From: Callorhinchus milii
Lineage: Eukaryota
Direction of reading: 5' to 3'
Assembly (NCBI RefSeq): GCF_018977255.1
Contig: NW_024704743.1
Location: 52,950,001 to 53,014,000 of the forward strand
DNA: 64,000 nucleotides
The notes under the pieces were generated by a model. It saw only the letters and a list, made by a program, of their open reading frames with translations. It did not search any database and was not told where the DNA came from. Shown here piece after piece: positions 24,726 to 37,160 of this stretch. The translations under genes and the position numbers were made by a program. The first letter of the stretch is position 1. Each line of letters opens with the position of its first letter.

Positions 24726-25429
24726 CTGAAATTAAACACAACTACTCCAATTAGCTCTCAATAGTCATAAACTGAGCACAAACGTTCCAAGTCAGCATGT
24801 ATCTGTCTAAAAAAAACTATCAAGCTGTATTATTGAGGGAAGGGTTTGTGGAGCAGACTTTTAATTCCAATGTTAAAAAAGGCACAAAGCTACTAAAGAG
24901 GCAAATTGTCATGGAAGAGGCCACTAAGTATGTTCTGGGCGTAATTTTTCGAAATCAAGAATTTTCATGATATCAATTTTATTTTGACAGTAGTGAAAGA
25001 TGAAAGTTCCACATTATATTAGCACTTTATTTCAGATGACCAACAATAAGTATACAGTGTTGGATTACCATTTGAGAACAATGTAAAATACAGTATATGA
25101 ACATATTTCACTGTCAAATGCTGAATACAGTTCCATTTCCATGTACAACCAAATGACGAAAACAAGGTTATTAAATGGTTAAAGAGCTAGTATCTCAGTG
25201 TTTCACACAACCATGAGGGAGATGGTTTAGATTAGTTATTTATTCATTGATGAAAAAAGAGAAAACGTGTTCAAGATTCCATGCAGAACTTTCTGATATA
25301 TTTCTCAGACAGGGACCACAAGTGGTAAAACTATTTCCAGACAACCATCGAAACAGATCTTGTTGCTCATCTCCTTCCACCCCACTCACCAAAAAAACAC
25401 ATCTTCAACAATCCATTGCAAATATTTCA

Positions 25430-25920
25430 GTTCAATGTGAGCTGCAATATTCACACTGCTCACTGGTCTCCCTGACTCCTCCATTCCCAAGCTGCAGCTC
25501 ATATAAACCCCCACCTCCTGCACTCCCAAAGGATCAATTTCAAGGTATGCACCTCTTCACCTACAAATCCATTCACTTCCTGGCAACTCCATATTTCTCT
25601 GATCTTCTCCTACCCTACTCCATTGCTCACCTCCTTCTCTCTGCTAACTTGGGCTTGCTGTATGTCCCCACCTTCCCCATGTCACCAATGGTAGCTGAGC
25701 TTTCAGTTCTCACACCTCTACCCTCTGGAACTCCTTCCCTCTACCACTCCATTTCATTCCCTCTCTTTCAGTCTTTAAATCCTGCCTCAAATCCTACCTC
25801 TTTGAATACACTATAGCCACCTCTACACCCCTCTTACTCAACATTCAACCCCTGTCCCTCTAAAGTGCTGCAAGACCGTACCCTATGTGAAGGACGCTAT
25901 ATAAATGCAAGCTGTTATAA
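25430..25920 (+). mobile_element. Old L2 3' fragment
   Basis: Degenerate FTYKSIH.LATPY.SDLL motif; ccctctggaactcc; tail gtgaaggacgctatataaatgcaagctgtt. Confidence 0.65.
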
Positions 25921-26252
25921 TAATGTTTCTCAATCTACTCTTTTATTTGTTTTTAAACAACGGCTTTCATTTCTTGCATCTATAGAATTTTATTCCTCCT
26001 CTACAAAAAAGAAATTAAAAAAAACAAAAAGATATGAAATGCAGCCTACTCTGTATACTGACTGAAACAATTGCCAAGAAAAACCTTCAGGCTGATAGGG
26101 TGTTGAACCAGATGGAAGCTTCCAAAATTAGCACTAGATGTGGGCAATAGGTTTGAAGAATTCAAAGCTGATTTCATGTGATCTTTGGAGAAAGGAAGCA
26201 TTTTATTTGTGAGGAGTAATAAATTTGATGAAATTAGTTAATGCTTTCACAA

Positions 26253-26520
26253 AGTAAGGAAACTTGCCCAGGTCAAAACCTTGGGCAAGTTTCCTTACTC
26301 CACACGCCTGATAATAATCCCTCCAGAAAACAAAACAATAATAAAAATTGGTCACTTCAATCCACGACTGCTTGTGGGACACTGCTGTGCACAATTGACT
26401 GCCACGTTTCGCCCACAACTATATACAGTCAATTCACTTTACAGTATATTCTGTGAAGCGCTTTGAGACGTCTCGAAGATGTGAAAAGCGCTATATCAAA
26501 TGTAAGGATTATTATTATTA
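26253..26520 (+). mobile_element. tRNA-derived SINE, short subtype, 5'-truncated with snap-back inversion
   Basis: ccttgggcaagtttccttactccacacgcctgataataatccc...aaggatttattattatta. Confidence 0.85.
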
Positions 26521-26559
26521 AAAATGATGAACACCAATGGCTTCCGATGGGAAATTACT

Positions 26560-27115
26560 GAAATTTTAATAATTGTTACATTTGATATCGCAAGTATAAA
26601 ATCAAATGTTTGAAAGCGCTTCAGAGCTTTTCTGTAAAGTGTCCTTGTAGGCAAACATGGCAGGTGTTTGCATACGGTAATGTCCAATAAACAGCCATGA
26701 AGTGAATGAACAACTCATTGGTCAGGACACCAGGAGCAACTCCACTTCTCTTTTGAATAAGGTCATGGAACCTTTAATGTTGCCCTGAACAGACGGACAT
26801 CTTATCCAAACGACAGCACCTCAAACAATGTAGCACTCCCTCAGCACTAGACAAGTGGGTCGGCTGCACTACAAAAGTCCTAACAATGGGAGAAACTCGC
26901 TTCTTTTTTCGAATAATGCCATGGGATCTTTAACGTCTACTTGAACAAGAAAATGGGGCCTTGGTTTAATGTCTCATCCAAAGGACAGCATCTCCAACAA
27001 TGCAGCACACCCCCACACTGCATTGGAGTGTTAATCTTAGACTATATGAGTTCCAAGTACTGACAACCTTCTAAATCAGAGGCAAGAGTGCTAGCAACTG
27101 AGCCAGACTGATGCA
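26560..27115 (-). mobile_element. Two adjacent Deu-domain SINE remnants
   Basis: Twice gaata(a/g)...catgg(a/g)a..tttaa..t...tgaaca...catccaaa.gacagca.ctc.aacaatg.agcac; head ctagcaactgagcca at ~27090-27105. Confidence 0.7.
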
Positions 27116-27934
27116 CGTAATTCCAATTTCTTCCACTTGATTTACTACTTGCATTGAATCGGCTAGGAAACCAGGCAATTTTTACTTCAACGTTTTTCTT
27201 TTCTAAATAAATTTCATCTTTCTGAAGAAATTTGAGCAATTGTGCATAACTGCTAATAAATTATCAGTGGGCATGCAATAAATTAAAATCACCATTGGAG
27301 GGCACTAGAAGCACTCCCTCATCAAGATTTCCCTCTTTAGTTCCCAATATTTAAAAATCCCCCGGAAATTTTCAGATTAAATCTATAAGGAAAAAAACGA
27401 AGAAAAAAACTTTATTTAAAAAAAATACAGTAGAATATACTAGAAACAAAGAGAGCAACAGAACCAAAATGTCAGATAAAAAAGATCACAAGAAATTATG
27501 CAAATATGTACAAATGTCAATATGTGTGTGTGTGAAAATGTCAATATGGTGCAGTGGGTCAAGGCCGCTTGTATGTCCTCTCTCTCACTCTGTGGACAAG
27601 GTCAGGGAAAGCTGCTCAACACAGAAATAAATTTACAGGAACTGTGCAAGAGGAGGCAAGCAATATGCAAAAAAAAAACAGAAATATCAGATGTTCTAAA
27701 AGTAGAAAAGTACCTGGTGCAGACAAGATCTACTGTACCAACAAGTCTTAAAAACAAAATGCGGATGGAATTTACAGATGTTATAACTGCCATTTTTGCA
27801 AATTCAGTATAATTCCAGGAACTGACTGATCTAAAACCATTACCTTATTTGAAACAGAACCTGAAAATTAGATTATTGGCTGTAGGAATCCACCTTTTTT
27901 GAAAATTTTGAGCAGTAAAACTGCTGTCGAGATA

Positions 27935-28861
27935 CAGTAAAACTCACATAAGTCTTATCTTTCTAATTCGTATAAGTCGTAGATTCACCCGAGTCCCATT
28001 CAGTTTCCTATAAATTGATTTCTTTGCACAAGTCGTATTAATCATCTCCTAACCCTTAACGCCACTCCCCTAGCCTCCATTACTCTCGCACTTACCAGCT
28101 GCGTTGAATCACAGAAAATGACATCCTGACCCCTCGATGCATGTGAACTAACCGCTGGGCTGCATTAAATTGTGGGAAGCATAGTCTTGACCCATCAGCA
28201 CATGCGAGATTACCGACTGCAGTGACGAACTACCTCATTCGCCCTTAACAGCTGCAATGAATTACGCATGTGCAGTGTAGGTTATTGATTAATCGGATTT
28301 TATACGATTCATACAGTTTGCCTGAAACTCGGACTTCTTGTAAGTCATGTGTAGTCCTGTAGCTCAGTGTTTAGAGCACTCGCCTTGCAAGAGAGAGGAC
28401 CTGGGTTCGACTCCCAGCAGGGCGAAACCTTGGGCAAGTTTCTTTACTCCATATGCCTCTGTTTACCTTGCAGTAAGTAGGAACCCAGTTGTTATTCAAT
28501 TGGCAGATCGCTTTTCCGAGGGTAATAATCCCTTCAAATAAATAATTAAATAAAAAGATAATAATTTGGTCACTCAATCCACGACTTTTTGTCGGATACT
28601 GCTGTGCACGATTGGTTGCCATGTTTCACCGAAAACATATACAGTCACTTCACTTTACAGCATATTCTGTGAAGCGCTTTGAGACGTCTGGAAGATGTGA
28701 AAAGCCCTATATCAAATGCAAGGATTATTATTACTTTACAGTACATTCTGTGAAGCGCTTTGAGACATCTCAAAGATGTAATAAGGCGCTATATCAAATG
28801 GAAGGATTATTATCATTAAATATGATGGTCCCAACTGATATGACTTATGTGAGTTTTACTG
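27935..28861. mobile_element. Tigger/pogo-like MITE with perfect 20-bp TIRs, carrying a nested SINE
   Basis: ta|cagtaaaactcacataagtc (27935-27954) and gacttatgtgagttttactg (28842-28861) are exact reverse complements. Confidence 0.8.
28353..28817 (+). mobile_element. Full-length tRNA-Ala(TGC)-derived SINE with duplicated L2-like tail
   Basis: A box tagctcagtg, anticodon-like loop cttgcaa, B box ggttcgactcc; tail tgtgaagcgctttgagac...tatatcaaatg.aaggattattat present twice. Confidence 0.9.
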
Positions 28862-28905
28862 TTTATGGGGGGGAAAAAACCACAACGTAACAAAACTGCA
28901 CCAAC

Positions 28906-29037
28906 CTGCCACCAGTTGAAGTCTTCTCGATTCACAATCTGAAGGATATCACCTCTGGAAAATTTCAATCCTGCATCTTTGCAAGGGATCAAGCTGTCAT
29001 TGGCTGGATTGTAATCATAGTGGCATTTCACAAACAC
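28906..29037 (-). CDS. MPP6: MPP6 coding exon 5 (132 nt, SH3)
   Basis: gttgcag|GTG...CAG|gttggt; [44 protein letters not shown]. Confidence 0.96.
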
Positions 29038-30885
29038 CTGCAACAGATCGGAATACTTTGCAGTGAAGCTTTGGCAGAGAAAGGATTATTATACACAGTA
29101 GAAGGCAATTGAGATCTTAACTTCAACCCATAATTTCAGAGTCATTACACTTAGTATTGAATTTCATAATTAGCTCCTTGTAAATCAACATTTAGTGCCA
29201 ATACTTTTTCTTTAGTTACAACAGTGCAGCATTCATCACAGTCACATACTGACTGCCACAGATGGATTACAGTATTTCCCAAGTTGCTACCCAAGAGCGA
29301 TTTCTGAGACTGCTATGTTATTGCAATATAATCTGTGGCTGAGATTCATCAAAGCCAACAGAAAGAGTTAAATATTTTAGCACCAGTGCTGCTGTATTTT
29401 CTTTGCTAGTAGAGCAGTTTGAATCCCAGCCTTTGCTGAGCACTGGTGTCAAATTCTTTATACAAGGAAAGTTACTCCAATTTTGCTTGGTCCTGCCTGG
29501 TTCTACACAATACATTTGCAAAGCGACTTTCACGTCAGGAGGACATCCCAAGGCGCTGAACAGTCAGGGATTAGGACCTATACTGTGAAGTGCAGGAACT
29601 GTATACTTTCTGGGCGAAACGCGGCAGCCAATTGCACACGGCAGTCAGGAATTGAGTCACCAAATTTTTTTTATTATTATGGCGGGTGGAGGTGAAATAC
29701 CATCTTATTAACCGTACTTGGCAACTTGTACAAATCAGTGGTTTTAGGATATTTTACTCTTATCTGCAGTTATTCCTTAACAAAGGTCAGAAGTATTTTC
29801 TGAGAGCATTACCCTTTTCATAATAGATGTACAAAAGGAGAAGAATTCAATGGACTGCAAATCACAAGCAAGCAATCTTATTTTAAGAGGTATTATGTAA
29901 TCCTTAGTACAAGTTACACCTCAGAAACATAAAGTGAGATTCTTTCCTCACCCAATATCCAAAGGTACACTTTCTAGTAAGGCTCAATGAACAGCATTTA
30001 GAAACAATGACCTTGACCAATGACTCCCCCTCCTTCACTGAGTGGATTGTTCAGAGTCTCTACCATGTCTATCACTGAAATATCCTGACATGGTCAAAAT
30101 GCAGACTGTCAGAATGCTAACCTACAGAGAATTGTAGTTCGCATGCTGAACAGCTTTATAAATGAAGTGATGGCTCCTAGATGACTCATTGGATACATGC
30201 ACCACTGAAAGCCACCAGGGAGACTTGATTGAACTTTTAAGAAGAACGTCAAGGTTAAAAGTACAACGTTAACGTACTCCTTTATGGCCACTCCCTGAAA
30301 TAATTGTGGTCCTAGTCATCAACCACTCAATTCATCATCAGAACATAATATTCCCTACAGCAAATCTAAACCACTAGTCCAACAGCAGAAAGGCCAAGTC
30401 TCCTAAAATGCATAAACTCGAGTTAAGTAACAGGTGCATAGATTGAGCAGGGTTTAGAAATTTACACTTGAACTCAAAAGCTCAAATGTTGTGTCACATG
30501 ATCAACGTATCCACTTGTAGTCAATATGTCCAGAATTTTTTTTCATTTAAATCTGCACCCAATTCCGTGTTAGAAGCAATTTCAACAGCTCAACTGGCAG
30601 TGAAGAACAACCAAGTATCTAGCTTTCATTGGACTGGGAAGTGTGCTAGCAGTTACTCAAATATTCAGCACTAAACAGGAATCGGACAAAAGCATAAGCT
30701 ACAACTATTGAATTCAACTGGAGATTCAATTCAATAGATTCAACAGAAAAGGGCACTTGCTTTACTGTATACATGCTTTCACTCAAATAGCTAAAAATTC
30801 TGGTAGTCCAAAGTAATCAGATTAATCACTACACAATAATCCAATTCCATACTCCTTTTCTTCTTTTCAGCGGTAATACTCTTAC

Positions 30886-31113
30886 CTGCTGTGGTAAAGG
30901 TGTTTCCTTGTAGCTGGGTAAGATTTTGAATGTGATTCCACCACTGCTATTCTTCAAAGTTTCTTGAAGTGCCTTGGGGTCAGGACCCACTTCACTCCCA
31001 TTTACCTCTTTAATGATATCACCAACGTGGAGGAGACCTTGACGGTCAATCACGCCACCGTAGAGAATCCTTGCGATGACCAGCTCATTATTCTCCACCC
31101 TGAAGGTAACCCC
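30886..31113 (-). CDS. MPP6: MPP6 coding exon 4 (228 nt, PDZ)
   Basis: catccag|GGG...CAG|gtaaga; GVTFRVENNELVIARILYGGVIDRQGLLHVGDIIKEVNG...FKILPSYKETPLPQQ. Confidence 0.97.
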
Positions 31114-32011
31114 CTGGATGAAACAAGGAAGAAGTTAGTTTTTTTTGTTAAGTATCAACACTAGGAATCAGAAAACATGCAACCACTTACTTTTGCGCAC
31201 AAAAGATATTTTTCAAGAAATGGTCACACTTAAAGACCCCAAAATGTATCAAGAAAGGCAGCAATTCAACATCACCTCTCTATATGAACACACAGTTCAT
31301 ACAGAATTCATATCATTTATGATAGAAAGCGTTAATGTTTTTGTCCCATTCCATGTGATCAAAAGTGGCTAAACCAGCTTTACTTTCTGTACAGCAGCCA
31401 AACTTCAGGTTAATTCTTCTGACACAAAGAGCTAATCATGGAACAAATAAATAATATCTCTTCAATGTGATGGTGATTGAAATAGTCCACCACTGTTTGG
31501 AGGGATACCCCAAATTCAATATATAATCCCTATTTAGGGGATTTGTTGACATGGCAGTCAGCCACATCACATAATAGGGATTAAAACATCCACTGTATTT
31601 GTACTAATCCCCATTAAAACCAAACACAAATATTTAAAAACAAATTAACAACGAATAAACTAAATACTGGAGTGAGACTGAGTAGACTAGTGAAACACTT
31701 TGAAGCAATATCACCACACTTCATTCACAGAATAAGCTTGATCTTCCAATTGCACTTCTCTCATTGAGTTCATAAGTTTGTAGGGAGTGAAGTAAAAAAA
31801 CTCAGAACTTCACCCAACAAGCAATTCCACCAACACTGATTTGCTCCAAAGGAGAGCCATTTGCAGAACAATATAATATATTACAGAGCTCCACAGAGGT
31901 GCTATCAAAAAATATAGAATATTTACCTGAAGAATGATCTTCTTTCCAAAGATTTTCACAAATGATCACATCCAAATGCCAATTAATAACAACATGGGGA
32001 AAAAAACTTAC

Positions 32012-32164
32012 CAAAGGCTCCATAGCTTTTTTCTGAATTCCAATCATCCGAATAGCGTCTCCAGATGCCGTTTGGTTGTTCAGGAAATCATTTAATACGT
32101 TAGGGCTAGGAGGTGGTGTTTCATAACACTTTGATGCAACCAAATCATGGGCTTCCAACAGGGA
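32012..32164 (-). CDS. MPP6: MPP6 coding exon 3 (153 nt, L27C end and PDZ start)
   Basis: ttttgtag|TCC...TTG|gtaagt; SLLEAHDLVASKCYETPPPSP...DAIRMIGIQKKAMEPL. Confidence 0.96.
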
Positions 32165-32294
32165 CTACAAAACAGTCAAATACAATCTATCAGGTACTGG
32201 ATGCAAAGATCCCACTGTGTTCTACACCCACAGCATAAATCTACATAAACCTCTCTCAGGTTTGCTCTCAGTTTCTGTGGAACAGTGTGAGACA

Positions 32295-32612
32295 TAATAA
32301 TAATCCTATAATCCTTGCATTTGATATAGCGCTTTTCACGTCGGTAGGACGTCCCAAAGCGCTTCACAGAACACACTGTAAAGTGAATTGACTATATATT
32401 TGTGGGCGAACGCGGCAGCCAATTGCGCACAGCAATGTCCCACAAACAATCGTAGATTGAAAATGACCAATTTTATTATTGTTTTGGGTTTTTGGAGGGA
32501 TTATTATTAGGCGTGTGGAGTAAGGAAACTTGCCCAAGGTTTCGCCCTGCCTGGAATTGAACTCAGGTCTCTCGCTTGCAAAGCGAGTGCTCTAACCACT
32601 GAGCTACAGGAC
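32295..32612 (-). mobile_element. tRNA-Ala-derived SINE, short (internal-deletion) subtype, young
   Basis: Minus strand gtcctgtagctcagtggttagagcactcgctttgcaagcgag; CpGs retained; (att)n tail. Confidence 0.9.
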
Positions 32613-32689
32613 ATGTTCTGAGGAGAGGGGGAGCAGGCGCTTTGGGGCACTAGCTGCATCCTCGTCCGTCCCCCACAAAAAAAATAGGA

Positions 32690-33140
32690 GCTGGAGGTCG
32701 GGGTCAGGTAGGGTGGAGGGCAGGGGGGGAAGGAGGATGATCGAAGGCACGGTCAAAGAGGAGGGTCTTGAAGGTGGCAAGGGAGGGGGTGAGGCAGAGG
32801 GACTGTGGGATGGAGTTCCAGAGGGTGGAGGCAGCATGGCAGAAGCTCCGCCTGCCAATGGTGGACCGAGCGAGGAGGGTGACATGAAGCAGGTTGGAGC
32901 TGCTGAGCGAAGGGAGAGAGCAGGATGGTAGGGGGTTAGGAGGTCGCAGAGGTAGGGAGGGGAACAAGACCATGGAGAGCTTTGAAGGTGAGGACCAGGA
33001 TCTTGAACTGTATCCTCTGTGTGATGGGAAGCCAGTGGAGTCGGGCGAGGATGGGGGTGATAGGGTCGTGGAGCTGCAGAGTTCAGGATGATCTGCAGCC
33101 TGTGGAGGGAGGCCAACAAGCAGGGAGTATGCCCAGTCAA
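32690..33140 (-). mobile_element. L2 LINE 3' fragment
   Basis: LHRLQIILNSAA; PPYLCDLLTPYHPALSLRS; RSTIGRRSFCHAASTLWNSIPQSL. Confidence 0.88.
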
Positions 33141-33499
33141 GCCTGGATGTCTCGGCGGTTGTCACAATAGTCAAAACAGCTACTACATGGCTGGCTGAGG
33201 GCGAGCTTTTCCCAGGCAAGGTTGCAATGGGGAGTTTTGCGCAATGGGCCGCTGAGCGAGTGTTTGCTGAGTGACTCCTGGTTGGCTGAGTGGTGCAGAT
33301 AAGTTTGTTCCAATGATATATATATATATATCTATATATTATACTTATTGGTTTATATAGAATTTGACTTTATGTGAGTGCTGAAATAAAGCGGGGGGCT
33401 GTTATTCATGTTCTGCGTGGGAAGGGGCCGGGATATTGACAGCATGATGATATAAGCCAGGGTCTCATCAGTACACTGTACCATTTCGGTAAATAATGT

Positions 33500-33760
33500 C
33501 TCGTTCTATTTGTAGTTACAGCAACATATTAAGTCAACTCTGAGTTGTCTTTTCTAGGCTGAAGAGCCCTAATCAATGCTCATAGATTATTTCTATAACA
33601 ATGGAATTCATCTTCATTGCTCTACTCTGCACTGCATGTTGTGCCTTAGTCACAGTAACCAGAATTGTATTGACCACTCTAGGTACAGCCTGACCAGAGC
33701 ACTGTACAGCCTGAGCACAAAGTCTGGGGATCCAAACTCAACTGATTTGGCAATATAAAA
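33500..33760 (-). mobile_element. CR1 3' fragment
   Basis: cttttctaggctgaagagccc...accagaattgtattgaccactctaggtacagcctgaccagagcactgtacagc, as in the CR1 at ~7090-7260. Confidence 0.6.
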
Positions 33761-35209
33761 AATATACTGTCAATTCACTTTACAGTATTTTCTGTGAAGA
33801 GCTTTGAGACGTCTCAAAGACATGATAAGGTGCTATATCAAATGCAAGGATTATTTTATATTTTATTATATAACTCAGCATCCTGTTCACCTTGTTTACT
33901 GTTGCCATGTACTGGTTTGAAAGTTGTTAGTAATAAGTCAACTAACACCCGTAGATCTCTTTCAGCTTCCCCCTTGGCAAGTTGTGTCCCATCCAAGTGT
34001 GTCTCCTATTTTTACTTCCTATATGCAAGCAGTACTTTGCATTGACTTGTTTTTTTTGGTTTGTTTTTGTGTCAGCCAGGTGTCTGATACATGCGGAAAC
34101 CCATCACCATGCTTAAGACTATATTGAACTTCATCAGCCCATGGGCATGCCCTGTCAAGCTCTCTTAACTTAAAATAGATCTTATGAGTAAGCGAGAGAG
34201 AGAATAACAAAACGGATTACAGACTCAGACTTTCCAATCTGGCAGATTCCTAGATAATGTGTAAACATGTTTCTATAGTTTGTGAGAAAAAGCAGGAACT
34301 CACATGTAGAGGGCATTATGGGAGAGAGGAAAGAAGGCGTGAGGGGGAGGAGAAGGGAGACAGCATTGCAACTTATCAAAACATGGGGCTCAACATTGAC
34401 CCAATTCGAATTCAGCCATCTCCCTGAGATGCTTAGCTTGATTCTCATCAGAAAAGCTTAAAGGATTACAAATCATTAAAACAAATTGGTTTGTAAATGG
34501 TTAGTAAATTTAGCTTTTATGGTCCTTTATTCAATACAATTTTTTTAAAAAAAAGCTTGTGCCACATACCACTATCACCTGAAATCTGGATTTAAGCATT
34601 ATTTACATTTGATAAGAGTCGTATGTCAGAAACAAGGTGTCTACTATCACTATGCAAATGAGAACATGTTGGTCATCTCTGAGATTGAAAGCAATGTTCC
34701 AGGAGAAGGCTACAATCTCAGCAATGCTACACAATACTCCTTTATACCATACGTGAAAACACTTTGACATGGCCCTCATTCTGCTTGATGGACAGGCATA
34801 CTTTGATAAGGAAAAGCTTGGCAACAGTTTAAAAAGTGGGGGGGACAGGGGGACAACTAAGTTTTTCTGCCTTTTAAGTATCACAGAAGGGGATTATGAG
34901 GATTATTCTACTTCTGTCTGTTACATAGATATCTCATTAACTATAGATTTAACATTGGGGAAGCATAGTGTTAAATAAAACAGATTGACTAAAAAATAAG
35001 GCGAGCAACTTACATATAGACTGGTGGATAACTGAAATTTAATTGCGTATATATATATATATTTTGCAGATATTATTGTTTAAAAAAATCCTAGATTTTC
35101 CATGTCTTGATCCAAGTCACATTAAGCATTAAGTGCACTAAGGATACTAGTATTTGAAATAAAGAACGGTTTTCTGTTGGATTATATACAATGCAAGAAA
35201 ACATGCATT

Positions 35210-35475
35210 GGCAGAGGTGTCCTCCTTTGGTTGAGACCTTAAACTGTTCAAGTGGATGTTAAAGATCCCATGGCATATTTAAAAAAAGTAATTTCTCCCA
35301 GTATCCTGGCCAGCAATCCTGCAGATAACATTGATTATTCACTTCATGGTTGCCTGTTTGACATTCACTGTTTTTGAGACATTGCTGTGTGCAAATGTAC
35401 AGTTACTACATTTTCCAACAGCACTTTGAGATTGATGATGTGATGAGGCACTATAGCAAATGGAAGGATTATTGT
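35210..35475 (+). mobile_element. Deu-domain SINE remnant
   Basis: agaggtgtcctcctttggttgagaccttaaac...gtggatgttaaagatcccatggca...tcctggcca; L2-like tail. Confidence 0.65.
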
Positions 35476-35822
35476 TTTATAAATCTGATACTAAGGCTAA
35501 AAACTATAAAATAAAGAATTTGGACAAAAACGAAGAAGTGAGAAAATTGCTCCACCTTTTACCAAATTAGTGCCTAAAATCATAGAATGTTACAGCATAG
35601 AAAACAGAGCATTCTGCTCATCAAGTCTGTGCTGCTGTTTATTTGCATGAGCTATTCTAATCCCACTCCTTTGTCCACCTCCACATATTCCAATATTCCT
35701 CCTCTTTAAGCAACTATCTAATTCCCATTGAAAGAATTTATATAATGTCTAAACTATGGTTTGTGACAGTGAATTCCACCACAACAAGTCAGTTGGCAGT
35801 TAACTGGTATTAGGTGTTAATT

Positions 35823-36042
35823 AAAAGGCAAAATACTGCAGATTCTGGAAATCTGAAATAAAAACAGAAATTTCTGGGAACACTCAGCAGGTCAGGCAGT
35901 ATCTATGGAGAGAGGAAATTGATGTCGATGACCTTTCGTCAGAACTTTTTGATGAAAGACCATTGACCTGAAACATTAACTCACTTTCCTCTCTCTATAG
36001 ATGCTGCCTGACCTGCTGAGTATTCCCAGAGACTTCCGTTTT
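35823..36042. mobile_element. Palindromic non-autonomous Penelope-like element with degenerate hammerhead cores
   Basis: Inverted arms ~35861-35918 and ~35985-36042 (ctcagcaggtcaggcag / ctgcctgacctgctgag); exact 15-bp direct repeat tattaggtgttaatt at 35808-35822 and 36043-36057. Confidence 0.75.
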
Positions 36043-36104
36043 TATTAGGTGTTAATTGTTAGCTGACCATTTGAAACTGGTTCTGACTGAGGGGTATATA
36101 GAAG

Positions 36105-36620
36105 GAAAACTTGCTATTGTCATTGGGGATTCAACAGTCAGCAGGATAGATAGGTGTTTCTGCAACCACAAACGTGAGTCTTGCATGGTGTGTGGCCTCC
36201 CTAGTGCCAGGGTGGAGGATGTCACGGAATGGGTGCAGAAAATTCTGCGGAGGAGGGAAACAGCCAGAAGTTGTGATCCATGTTGGAACCAATGACATAG
36301 GAAAGAAAAGGGTAGAGTTTCAGGAGATAGGGAGGAGACTAAAGAGAGGGACCTGAAAGCAGGAGAAATAGAATTACTCCCAGTGCCACATGCTAGTACA
36401 GGAACAACAAGAGGAAGCAGGTTAATGTGTGGGTGGAGAAATCATGTTGGAGGGAGGGCTTCAGATTCCTGGAGCATTGGGTACAGTTCTGAAGCAGGTG
36501 GAACATGTACAAGGTGGTCAGGTTACACCTGAACAAGGCTGGGACCAATGTCCTCAAGGGGAAGTTAACTAGTGCTGCAGGGGAGCATTTAAACTAATTT
36601 GGAGGAGGGGAGGGAACCAG
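36105..36620 (+). mobile_element. CR1 LINE ORF1 SGNH/GDSL esterase-domain remnant
   Basis: AIVIGDSTV...MVCGLPSARVEDV...(frameshift) QPEVVIHVGTNDIGKK; later ggttacacctgaac (G.HLN); frameshifts and stops. Confidence 0.85.
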
Positions 36621-36984
36621 GATGTAACAAGGAACAGAGAGGGCTGGGAAAGACAAATAACTCTGGAATAAAGAGTAGTCCGGAAATAGAAGGAATTAGA
36701 CAGGCTGAAGATGTACACAAACCATGCTCTGGATAATTCACAAGACATTTAGACTATCAGCCTTCATGATCTCATTCTTAACAGGCTTTGCTTCAAAATG
36801 TAGAAAAATCCTGCTAACACAGTTCTTGGACCGAGAAAATGTAAACTCATATTAGAAGCGAAAGCGCAAAATAGCCAATGTCAGTAAGCGCTTCCAAATT
36901 CATGAAGAGACATCACTGGAACACTTTGCACATACACACAGAAAGCCATTCAAAACACTCAACGTCTAGTTCCTATCCATCCTT

Positions 36985-37160
36985 ATAATAATAATTTGAT
37001 CACTCAATCCATGATGTTTGTGGGACACTACTGTGTGCAATTGGCTGCCGCGTTTCTCCCACAAAATACAGTCAATCCACTTTACAATATATTTTGTGAA
37101 GTACTTTGAGACGTCTCAAAGACATAAGGTGCTATATCAAATGCAAAGATTATTATTATT
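36985..37160 (+). mobile_element. SINE 3' half
   Basis: ataatttgatcactcaatccatga.gtttgtgggacac...tatatcaaatgcaaagattattattatt. Confidence 0.8.

Noticed and set aside
28353..28425. tRNA-Ala(TGC)-like sequences with A and B boxes (also ~32540-32612 and ~45958-46030)
   Set aside because: No proper acceptor stem, and each runs directly into a SINE body and tail; these are SINE heads, not tRNA genes
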